Below, in pieces: positions 1 through 7,654 of a stretch of 64,000 nt of DNA. Made by a program: the position numbers and the translations under genes. Position 1 is the stretch's first letter. Each line of letters begins with the position of its first letter. Source of the DNA: Candidatus Methylomirabilota bacterium (GTDB lineage: Bacteria > Acidobacteriota > Thermoanaerobaculia > Thermoanaerobaculales > Sulfomarinibacteraceae). A model generated the notes under the pieces. That model made no database searches. It worked only from the letters and a program-made list of their open reading frames with translations, and was not told where the DNA came from. The stretch lies in NCBI GenBank assembly GCA_035464095.1, contig DATHSO010000191.1, forward strand, positions 1,009-65,008, given 5' to 3'.

Positions 1-1182
1 GATCGCGATCCCGCCCCCGGCCTCCCGCGTCAGGCGCTCGGCCGACTGGCGGTTGGGAATGCCCGACTTGGCGTGGCCGAAGGCGTCCCGATTGGGGTCG
101 AGGACCAGTCGGACCCAGGCGCCGCGGCGGGCCGCCGCAACCAGGGCCTTGAGCACGCCGCGGTGGGACAGGTAGAACATCGCAAGGTCGACCTCGTCCC
201 CCGAGCCGGCCTCGCCGAGAAGCTCGAGCACCCGGTCTCGGATCGCGCTCTCGGTGAGGTAGGCGACCAGGTGGTCGCCGCCCGGGTCGCTGCCGCCGAG
301 CTCGGGCAGCTCGGCGAAGGGAGGCGTGCCCCCGGACAGCCGCAGCACTTCCATCTCGGCGGCGTACACCTGGCGCGCGAGGCCGGCGCTCGCCGCCTCG
401 AGGGCGACGTTGGAGTGGGCGCTGGAGGCGTCGTGGGGGTTGGCCGAGGTCACCAGGGTGTGCCAGCGCGGGCCGGCGTCCGCGAGCACCACCTTGCGGT
501 GGTTGGCCTTGAAGTTGGCCATCTGCAGGTAGGTGCGCAGGCCCACCGACCGGCCCCTGGCGTCGAGGGGATTCGGCAGCCAGCCGCCGCCGGTGGAGTT
601 GCCCCACCAGCTGAACAGCAGCCTCCAAACGGCCGAGTAGAGGGGGTTGGAGTCGCGCAACCGGACCAGGTCGGTGGCCACGACCTGGACCCCCGCCGCC
701 CGCAGCTCCTCGAGCTGGGGCGAGGGGTCGCCGCCGTAGAGGTCGTTGATGGGGTCGGTGAGGAGCACCACCGGCATGCCGGGGGTGCGGCTGCGGGCTT
801 CCAGCAGCGCGCCGGTGAGCTCGGAGCTCAGGGGGCGAAGGCAGGCCCCGTCCGGGCCCAGGTGGTCGTTGAGGAGAAACAGGTCCAGCACCAGCAGCCG
901 CCGGGCACCGGCTACGAGCTCGAAGACGCGGTCGAAGATCTCCTGCTCGTGGACCGTGCGGTGGTTCCGGTCTCGGTAGCTGAGGTCGATCAGAAAGCGC
1001 AGGTCGGAGCCCGCCACCAGCACCGGGGCGCCCGCGAAGACCAGGTCGGCGGGCAGCGGCTTGACCGTGTGCCAGCAGCCGACAGCGGCCCACAGCAGCG
1101 CCACGGCACAGCCCGCCAGCAGGGCGCGGCGCCGTCGGGTGGACGCCCACTCGCGCAGGCGGCCGACCGCCGACCGGATCAC
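1..1182 (-). CDS. Phospholipase D / cardiolipin-synthase-like (HKD motif) protein, 3' end cut by window edge
   Basis: Not in the supplied ORF track because there is no stop inside the window. Manual minus-strand translation from GTG at 1182 runs to base 1 without a stop: VIRSAVGRLREWAS.. then a TM-like ALLAGCAVALLWAAV .. LQMANFKANHRKVVLADAG .. SANPHDASSAHSNVALE. HRKVVLAD is an HxKxxxxD (HKD) motif. The GTG overlaps the TGA of the upstream gene (GTGA at 1182-1179). Plus-strand ORF 73..1902 is its antisense shadow. Confidence 0.65.
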   Translation of the reverse strand, partial: MIRSAVGRLREWASTRRRRALLAGCAVALLWAAVGCWHTVKPLPADLVFAGAPVLVAGSDLRFLIDLSYRDRNHRTVHEQEIFDRVFELVAGARRLLVLDLFLLNDHLGPDGACLRPLSSELTGALLEARSRTPGMPVVLLTDPINDLYGGDPSPQLEELRAAGVQVVATDLVRLRDSNPLYSAVWRLLFSWWGNSTGGGWLPNPLDARGRSVGLRTYLQMANFKANHRKVVLADAGPRWHTLVTSANPHDASSAHSNVALEAASAGLARQVYAAEMEVLRLSGGTPPFAELPELGGSDPGGDHLVAYLTESAIRDRVLELLGEAGSGDEVDLAMFYLSHRGVLKALVAAARRGAWVRLVLDPNRDAFGHAKSGIPNRQSAERLTREAGGGIAI

Positions 1183-1913
1183 CGGAACTCCTCGAACACC
1201 GGCGCCAGCCGAGCCGGGTCGTCGGACATCACCCCGGTCGCGCCGGCGGCGAGCAGGCGGCGCGCCTCGTCGGGGTCGTTGACGACCCAGAAGTCGGCGC
1301 GAATCCCGAGGGCCCGGCAGCGTTCCAGGAAGGAGCGGCGGTCCAGGCGCACTGCTCCGGAGCGCTGCGGCACCTGCGCCGCCTGGCCCCGGACCACCAG
1401 CCGCGCCACCGTCAGCGGCGCCAGCCGCAGCGCGGCCACCTCGACCTGGGTGAGGGCGGTTCGGCCCGTCCAGCCCAGGCGCCGCGCCCGCCACACCAGC
1501 CGGTCGTGGAAGCTCGCAACCGTCACCCGATGCTCGCCGCCGTGGGCCGACAGCAGCTCGAGCAGCGGCGCCACGGCTCCGGGGTCGTCGGGCTTGAGGT
1601 CGATGCTCAGCGGGGTGTCGGGGAACGCGGACAGAACCTCGGCCAGGCTCGGCAGGGGCTCGCCGGCGACCCGCCAGCCGCGCACGCCCTCCAGGCTGAG
1701 GTCGGCGATCCGCTCGGGGGTGCCGCTGAGCCGGGCGCCGTCGGGGTCGTGGGCGACCACGAAGTGGCCGTCGGCGGTGCGGTGGACGTCGAGCTCGAGG
1801 GCGTCGGCGCCGTCGGCCAGGGCGGCGGCGAAGGCGGTCAGGGTGTTCTCGGGCGCCCGCGCCGATGCGCCGCGGTGGGCATACAGCCGCAGGTTGAAGT
1901 GACGTGGTTTCAC
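1179..1913 (-). CDS. Glycerophosphodiester phosphodiesterase (GDPD family, GlpQ/UgpQ-like)
   Basis: 244-aa ORF. The N-terminus LYAHRGASARAPENTLTAFAAALADGADALELDVHRTADGHFVVAHD matches the GDPD signature (HRG..ENT..E.DV..T.D). It overlaps the downstream PLD-like gene by 4 nt. Confidence 0.85.
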   Translation of the reverse strand: MKPRHFNLRLYAHRGASARAPENTLTAFAAALADGADALELDVHRTADGHFVVAHDPDGARLSGTPERIADLSLEGVRGWRVAGEPLPSLAEVLSAFPDTPLSIDLKPDDPGAVAPLLELLSAHGGEHRVTVASFHDRLVWRARRLGWTGRTALTQVEVAALRLAPLTVARLVVRGQAAQVPQRSGAVRLDRRSFLERCRALGIRADFWVVNDPDEARRLLAAGATGVMSDDPARLAPVFEEFR

Positions 1914-1957
1914 CGAAGCACCATGGTACCGCGGGCCGTGCCGCCGGTGACCCGAGG

Positions 1958-2986
1958 TCAGGGCAGGGACTCGAGCTGCTCGCGGGCCATGGGGATGTCG
2001 GGGTGGTCCTCGGGGGCGAGCTCCAGGAAGCTCTCGAAGGCCGCCCTGGCGCCTTCGGCGTCGTCCAGGGCGACGCAGCAGATCCCCAGGTTCAGGTACG
2101 CCGTGACCGGGTCTTCCAGGACCTGGGCGAGGGCTTCGTACAGCTCCCGGGCCATCAGGTAGACGCCGTTACCGAAGAAGGTCCGCGCGTGCTCCTCGAT
2201 GGACGTCATCGTGCTCGGCTCGGCCTCGGCGAGGCGGACGGCGGCGTCGCCGACCCGAAGGTGGTGGCGCAGGACCACCAGGCTCAGGTAGAGGGTACGG
2301 ATGCCCTCGATGTCGTTGGGGTCGATCCGCAGGATGTCCTCGGCGTAGCGCGAGGCCTCGGCCCAGTTCTGGTTCTTGACCGCGATCCGGGCCAGGACCC
2401 GGTGGGGCTCGGCGAAGGTCGGGTCTAGGGAGGCCGCCTCGCGGAGCTTCGTCTCGGCCTCGAGCACATCTTCCTCGATGTTCTTTCTGACCCCGTCGTC
2501 GTACTGCTTGACGGCGCTGTTGTACAGGCGGATCGCCCGCTCGCGCTGCTTCGACATCGGTGCGTACCGGCTCTCGGCCGGCTCCCGGGGCTCGGACGGT
2601 GCTGCCGGCTCCGCATCCATCCTCACCGACCGCGTCATGGTGAGCTCGATCCTGGACACCACCAGGTGTTGGGGGCCGATGGCCAGCACCACGTCCTCGA
2701 AGCCGTCCAGGTGGAGGGTGAGCTCCCGGCCCGGCCGGATCTCGCCGGCGCCGATGGCGAAGGCGCCCTCGCGGTCGGTGGTGTGCCGCTCGACGACGTC
2801 GCCGCCGCCGGCCTCGCGCAGCACGACCTCGACGCCGGCGACGGGGCGGCCGTCGCCGTCGGTGACCACACCCTGGACGCCCTCGGGTTGGGCCGCCGCC
2901 GGCACACCCCAGGCCGCCACGACCAGGGCCGAGATCGCGGTCACGAGGATGGCGGGCGGCAACGGGTTCCGGTGCACGGCAAGCAT
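1958..2986 (-). CDS. Secreted or periplasmic TPR-repeat protein with N-terminal carboxypeptidase-regulatory-like domain
   Basis: 342 aa. Signal-like hydrophobic N-terminus (AILVTAISALVVAAWGVPAAAQ), then GVVTDGDGRPVAGVEVVL (CarboxypepD_reg-like). The C-terminal half has TPR-like helical repeats (AEASRYAEDILRIDPND, LGICCVALDDAEGARAAFESFLELAPED). Confidence 0.6.
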   Translation of the reverse strand: MLAVHRNPLPPAILVTAISALVVAAWGVPAAAQPEGVQGVVTDGDGRPVAGVEVVLREAGGGDVVERHTTDREGAFAIGAGEIRPGRELTLHLDGFEDVVLAIGPQHLVVSRIELTMTRSVRMDAEPAAPSEPREPAESRYAPMSKQRERAIRLYNSAVKQYDDGVRKNIEEDVLEAETKLREAASLDPTFAEPHRVLARIAVKNQNWAEASRYAEDILRIDPNDIEGIRTLYLSLVVLRHHLRVGDAAVRLAEAEPSTMTSIEEHARTFFGNGVYLMARELYEALAQVLEDPVTAYLNLGICCVALDDAEGARAAFESFLELAPEDHPDIPMAREQLESLP

Positions 2987-3099
2987 CGCCCGACGACGGT
3001 AGCAGGGCGCCTGGGCCTCGACAAGGCGACCCGGGGCGGCGCGATGTGGCGAGCCGCCCTGGGGTATTCTGAGGCATCGCTTCGCCTGGGAGGTCCGTC

Positions 3100-4617
3100 G
3101 TGCTCGACGACGTGAAGCGTGCCCGGGAGGTTTCGACGGCGGCGTGGGAGGCCGAGGTGCCGAAGCTGCGCCTCGAGCTCGTGGAGCTGCAGCGACGGCT
3201 GCGGGAGACGGCGGCCTTTCCGGTCGTCATCCTGGTCAGCGGCATCAACTGCGCCGGGCGGTCGGAGACCGTCAACCTCCTCAACGAGTGGTTGGATCCG
3301 CGCTTCCTCCTGACCGAGGCCTACTGGGAGCCGTCGCCCGAGGAGCGCTCGCGGCCGCCGTTCTGGCGCTACTGGCGAGACCTGCCGCCGGCCGGCCGGA
3401 TCGGCATCTACATGCACGCCTGGTACACCCAGCCCATGGTGCGTCGCTTCAACGGCAAGCTCGGGCGCCGGGCCTTCCTGGGCCACCTCGAGCGGGCGGC
3501 GGCCTTCGAGAGCACCCTGGCCGCCGACGGCGCCCTGATCCTCAAGCTCTGGCTGCACCTGGACCGCGACCGCCAGGAGACGCGCCTGCGGGCGCTCGCC
3601 GACGACCCGCTCCAGCGGTGGCGGGTCGCGCCCATGGACTGGGAGCTCAGCCGGCACTGGGGCCGCTTCGCGACGCTCGCCGAGGAGGCCCTGCGCCGGA
3701 CCTCCACCGACGCCGCGCCGTGGCACCTGGTGGACGGCGCCGACGATCGCTGGCGGTCGCTGGCGGTGGCGCGCCTGGTCCGCGACCGCCTGCGGGAGCG
3801 GTTGGACGGGCAGCCCGCCGTGGCCGCGCCGGCGGCTCTCGATCTGCCGCCGGGCGAGAAGCAAGCCACCCGAAGCGCCCTCGACGAGCTCGACATGACC
3901 CGCTCGGCGTCCGAGAAGGACTACCGGCGCCGCCTCGCCGAGCTCCAGGCGCGGGTCAACCGGCTCGCCCGGCTCGCCCGCGAGGAGGAGCTGCCGGTGG
4001 TGGCGGTTTTCGAGGGCTGGGACGCGTCCGGCAAGGGCGGGGCGGTTCGCCGCCTGACCGCCGCCATGGACGCCCGCGATTTCCGGGTGGTTCCGATCGC
4101 CGCGCCAACCGGCGAGGAGCGCGCCCACCACTACCTGTGGCGCTTCTGGCGCCACCTGAGCCGCGCCGGTCGAATGACCCTCTTCGACCGCTCCTGGTAC
4201 GGCCGGGTGCTGGTGGAGCGGGTGGAGGGCTTCGCCACCGAGGCCGAGTGGCGGCGGGCCTACGGCGAGATCCGCGACTTCGAGTCGCAGCTCACCGAGT
4301 TCGGGGTGGTGCTGCTGAAGTTCTGGCTCCACGTCACCGACGCCGAGCAGCTGCGGCGCTTCGAGGCCCGACGCGACACGCCGTACAAGAGCTGGAAGCT
4401 GACCGACGAGGACTGGCGCAACCGGGCCAAGCGCGGCGCCTACGAGGCGGCGGTGGCCGAGATGGTGGCGCGCACCTCCACCGGGAGTGCGCCCTGGACC
4501 CTGGTCGAGGGGGACTGCAAGCGCTTCGCCCGCCTCAAGGTCCTGGAGACGGTGGCCGACGCCCTCGACGACGCCCTGGCGGGCTCGCCCAGGCGCCGGA
4601 AGAAGGGCAGGGGCTGA
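3100..4617 (+). CDS. ppk2: Two-domain polyphosphate kinase 2 (class II PPK2, polyphosphate:AMP phosphotransferase-like)
   Basis: 505 aa, GTG start preceded by GGGAGG. There are two tandem PPK2 modules. The second has a canonical P-loop (VVAVFEGWDASGKGGAVRRL); the first has a degenerate one (VVILVSGINCAGRSETVNLL). Confidence 0.85.
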   Translation: MLDDVKRAREVSTAAWEAEVPKLRLELVELQRRLRETAAFPVVILVSGINCAGRSETVNLLNEWLDPRFLLTEAYWEPSPEERSRPPFWRYWRDLPPAGRIGIYMHAWYTQPMVRRFNGKLGRRAFLGHLERAAAFESTLAADGALILKLWLHLDRDRQETRLRALADDPLQRWRVAPMDWELSRHWGRFATLAEEALRRTSTDAAPWHLVDGADDRWRSLAVARLVRDRLRERLDGQPAVAAPAALDLPPGEKQATRSALDELDMTRSASEKDYRRRLAELQARVNRLARLAREEELPVVAVFEGWDASGKGGAVRRLTAAMDARDFRVVPIAAPTGEERAHHYLWRFWRHLSRAGRMTLFDRSWYGRVLVERVEGFATEAEWRRAYGEIRDFESQLTEFGVVLLKFWLHVTDAEQLRRFEARRDTPYKSWKLTDEDWRNRAKRGAYEAAVAEMVARTSTGSAPWTLVEGDCKRFARLKVLETVADALDDALAGSPRRRKKGRG

Positions 4618-5949
4618 TCAGCTGCCGTCGGGCGGCACGAAGAGCGATCGCCGCACCTTGACCTTGCGGTTGCCGGTGATCAGGCGCGCCCCCCGGTCGT
4701 AGAACAGGTAGCTCCAGATCCAGCCGGACATGACTGCCATCCGGTTGCGGAAGCTGACCAGGAACATGACGTGCACCACCACCCACAGAAACCACGCCAC
4801 GAAGCCGCGCAGCTTGAGGCCGCGGATGTCGGCCACCGCCTTGTTGCGGCCGATGGTGGCGAGGGTGCCCTTGTCGCGGTAGCGGAAGGGCTCGCGCTCG
4901 GGCGCCGGCCGGCCGGCGGCAGCGGCTTCGGCCTCGTCGGCGATGATGCCGGCGACGTAGCGGCCGCCCTGGATCGCCCCCTGGGCGAGGCCCGGGACCA
5001 TGGCGCCGGTCTCGGGGTCGACGGCGTGCGCCTGGTCGCCGATGACGAAGATCCGGTCGTGGCCGGGGATGCTCAGGTCGGGCTCGACCTTGACCCGGCC
5101 GGCGCGGTCGAGCTCCACGCCGAGGCTGCGGCCGAGGGGGGAGGCCTGAACCCCCGCCGCCCAGAACACGTTGTCGGCGTCGATCCGGTCCCCGCCCATG
5201 GTGACGCCGCCCTCGTCGATGGCGGTGACCTCGGTGCCCACCATCACCTCCACCCCGAGCTCCTCGAGGGCGCGGTGGGCATCCTTCGAGCAGCGCTCGT
5301 CCATGGCCGGCAGCACCCGGTCCTTGAGCTCGACCAGGACGACCCGGGCGGTGGTCGTGTCGATCATCTTGAAGTCGTGGGGGATGGCCTCGTGGGCGAT
5401 CTCGGACAGGGCGCCGGCGAGCTCGACGCCGGTGGGGCCGGCGCCGACAACGACGAAGGTGAGCGCCGCCAGGCGGGCTTCGGGGTCCTGCTCGAGCTCT
5501 GCCGCCTCGAAGGCGAGCAGGAAGCGGCGCCGAATTTCGGTGGCGTCGTCGATGGTCTTCAGGCCGGGCGCATACGGCGCCCAGTGGTCGTTGGAGAAGT
5601 AGGAGTGGGTGGCGCCGGCGGCCAGCACCAGGACGTCGAAGCCGATGTCCCCGAGGTCGGTGCGGACCACCTCGCGCTCGGGGTCGACCTCCCGGGCCTC
5701 GGCCAGGACCACGGCGGCGTTGGCCTGCTTCTTGAGCACCTTGCGGATCGGGCTCGCGATGTCGGCGGGGCTCAGCGCGGCGGTGGCGACCTGGTAGAGC
5801 AGGGGCTGGAACAGGTGGTGGTTGCTGCGGTCGACGAGCACCACGTCCACGGGGGCGTCGGCCAGCGCCCGGGCAGCGTTGAGGCCGCCGAAGCCGCCGC
5901 CCACGATGACCACTCGGGGCCGCCCCGATCGATGCGCCTGCTGGTTCAT
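4618..5949 (-). CDS. ndh: Type II NADH dehydrogenase (NDH-2)
   Basis: 443 aa. N-terminal Rossmann motif RVVIVGGGFGGLNAARAL and second dinucleotide fold FVVVGAGPTGVELAGAL. The overall layout is typical of NDH-2. Confidence 0.85.
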   Translation of the reverse strand: MNQQAHRSGRPRVVIVGGGFGGLNAARALADAPVDVVLVDRSNHHLFQPLLYQVATAALSPADIASPIRKVLKKQANAAVVLAEAREVDPEREVVRTDLGDIGFDVLVLAAGATHSYFSNDHWAPYAPGLKTIDDATEIRRRFLLAFEAAELEQDPEARLAALTFVVVGAGPTGVELAGALSEIAHEAIPHDFKMIDTTTARVVLVELKDRVLPAMDERCSKDAHRALEELGVEVMVGTEVTAIDEGGVTMGGDRIDADNVFWAAGVQASPLGRSLGVELDRAGRVKVEPDLSIPGHDRIFVIGDQAHAVDPETGAMVPGLAQGAIQGGRYVAGIIADEAEAAAAGRPAPEREPFRYRDKGTLATIGRNKAVADIRGLKLRGFVAWFLWVVVHVMFLVSFRNRMAVMSGWIWSYLFYDRGARLITGNRKVKVRRSLFVPPDGS

Positions 5950-6038
5950 GCTTAAGTTCCAACGCCCATGGCCGCTCGATGCTTCCCCGCGGATGCGGTT
6001 CGGCTAAGCTTCGGGCGGGCGATCGAAGGAGGCGAGCC

Positions 6039-6878
6039 GTGACCGACCTCGAGCTTCTGGACATGCTCCCCGAGGACCTGTTCGACGGCCGGGTGGTCTT
6101 CATCACCGGCGGCGGCAGCGGCATCAACCTCGGCATCGCCCGCGCCTTTGCCGCCCTCGGCGCCGATCTCGCCATCTGCGGTCGGTCGGCCGAGCGCCTG
6201 GAGGGTGCGGCGGCGGAGCTCGAGGCGTTCGGCGCCCACGTGGTGGCGGTGCCCGCCGACGTCCGGGACTTCGACGCCCTGGTCCACGCCATGGAGGCCA
6301 GCCGCGACGAGCTCGGGCCCCTGTCGGTGCTGGTGTGCGGCGCTGCGGGGAACTTCCCGTGCCCCGCCGAGCAGCTCAGCGCCAACGGCTTCAAGGCGGT
6401 GGTGGACATCGACCTGCTCGGCTCCTTCAACGCCTGCCGCGCCGCCTTCGAGCAGCTCGCCGAGACCCGGGGCTCGGTGACCTTCATCTCGGCCGGCCAG
6501 GCCTTCATCCCGTACCCCGCGCAGGTCCACGTGGGCGCCGCCAAGGCCGGGGTCGACCACCTCATGCGCAACCTCGCCCTGGAGTGGGGCCGCTACGGCA
6601 TCCGCTGCAACTCCATCGCCCCCGGCCCCATCGAGGGCACCGAGGGGATGCGCCGGCTCGGCCCCGACGACCCGTCGGTGCACGACCGGCTCAAGGCCGC
6701 CATCCCCCTCGGCCGCTACGGAACGGTGGACGAGATCGGCGCCGCGGCGGTGTTCCTGGCGTCCCCGCTGGCGTCCTACATCACCGGCACCCTGCTTGTA
6801 GTGGACGGCGGCCAGAACCTGGCGGGCTCGGCACCCTTTGCGGCCCTGCTCGCGTCCGCCACGAGGCAGGAACGGTGA
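6039..6878 (+). CDS. Short-chain dehydrogenase/reductase (2,4-dienoyl-CoA reductase-like)
   Basis: The ORF frame is open from 5979. I prefer the GTG at 6039 because AAGGAGG lies 6 nt upstream. The protein has GRVVFITGGGSGINLGIARAF (TGxxxGxG) and a DECR-like C-terminal half (ASYITGTLLVVDGG). Confidence 0.75.
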   Translation: MTDLELLDMLPEDLFDGRVVFITGGGSGINLGIARAFAALGADLAICGRSAERLEGAAAELEAFGAHVVAVPADVRDFDALVHAMEASRDELGPLSVLVCGAAGNFPCPAEQLSANGFKAVVDIDLLGSFNACRAAFEQLAETRGSVTFISAGQAFIPYPAQVHVGAAKAGVDHLMRNLALEWGRYGIRCNSIAPGPIEGTEGMRRLGPDDPSVHDRLKAAIPLGRYGTVDEIGAAAVFLASPLASYITGTLLVVDGGQNLAGSAPFAALLASATRQER

Positions 6879-6945
6879 TCGACCGACGGACCCACCCCCG
6901 AGGGGCCGCGATCGGGCGAAGGGCCCCAGCAGCTGGAGGGACACG

Positions 6946-7530
6946 ATGATCGATGAGCGAACTTCACGTCGCCGGCATGGGCTTCCGCTGTGGTTCGTCG
7001 CCTTGCTCGCGGCAGCGGCGGGGTCGATCCTTGTCGCCGGCTTCTTCTTTCTCCACGAGCGGCTGCGCTCGCTCGAGGAGCAGATTGCGCACCGCCGTCC
7101 CATCGTCAAGGTCCCGGGGACGCCGGCGGCGCCGGCGCCGCTGGCGAGCGGGGCGCGGGCGGCCTACGTCCCGGCCTACTCCCACATCTACGCCCTGGGC
7201 GGCCGCTCGGTGCTGCTCGAGACCACCCTGAGCGTCCGCAACACGAGCCCTTCCGGCGCGCTGACGGTCCACTCGGTGCGCTACTTCGACACCGACGGCA
7301 ACGAGGTCCGGAGCTTCCTCGACCAGCCCCTCGCGCTCGGCCCCCTGGCGACCGCCGAGTTCCTGGTGGAGTCCAAGGACACAAGCGGCGGCTCGGGCGC
7401 CAACTTCATCGTCGAGTGGAGCGCGGAGACGGCGTCGGAGGCGCCGATCATCGAGGCGGTCATGGTGGGCATGGACGGCGTCCACGGGCTGTCCTTCACC
7501 AGCCGTGCGGTGGATATCGTGACGCCGTGA
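6946..7530 (+). CDS. DUF3124-family protein with N-terminal membrane anchor
   Basis: ATG at 6946 preceded by GGAGGG. TM segment LWFVALLAAAAGSILVAGFFFL, then AYVPAYSHIY..LLETTLSVRNTS..VRYFDTDGNEV..FLVESKDTSGGSGANFIVEW, which I recognise as the DUF3124 pattern. Confidence 0.7.
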   Translation: MIDERTSRRRHGLPLWFVALLAAAAGSILVAGFFFLHERLRSLEEQIAHRRPIVKVPGTPAAPAPLASGARAAYVPAYSHIYALGGRSVLLETTLSVRNTSPSGALTVHSVRYFDTDGNEVRSFLDQPLALGPLATAEFLVESKDTSGGSGANFIVEWSAETASEAPIIEAVMVGMDGVHGLSFTSRAVDIVTP

Positions 7531-7654
7531 CCGGGGTATGATCGCGCCGTGACGTCGCCTGCGCCGTCGTCGCCACGACCGACTCGAGTGACCGCCGAGG
7601 TCATGAACGACCATCACGGGTGGCGCAACCGCCCTTGACAGCACGGGAACAGCA

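Noticed and set aside
73-1902. 609-aa plus-strand ORF, the longest ORF at the left end
   Set aside because: It is Arg/Ala/Gly/Pro-rich and of low complexity. It lies exactly antisense to two minus-strand genes that have clear family motifs (the HKD protein and GDPD). This is a typical high-GC shadow ORF.
2941-6571. Long ORFs 2941..4332(-), 3144..4661(+) and 4535..6571(-)
   Set aside because: They are out-of-frame or antisense to ppk2, ndh and the SDR gene. Their translations are dominated by R/P/G/A runs and carry no motifs.
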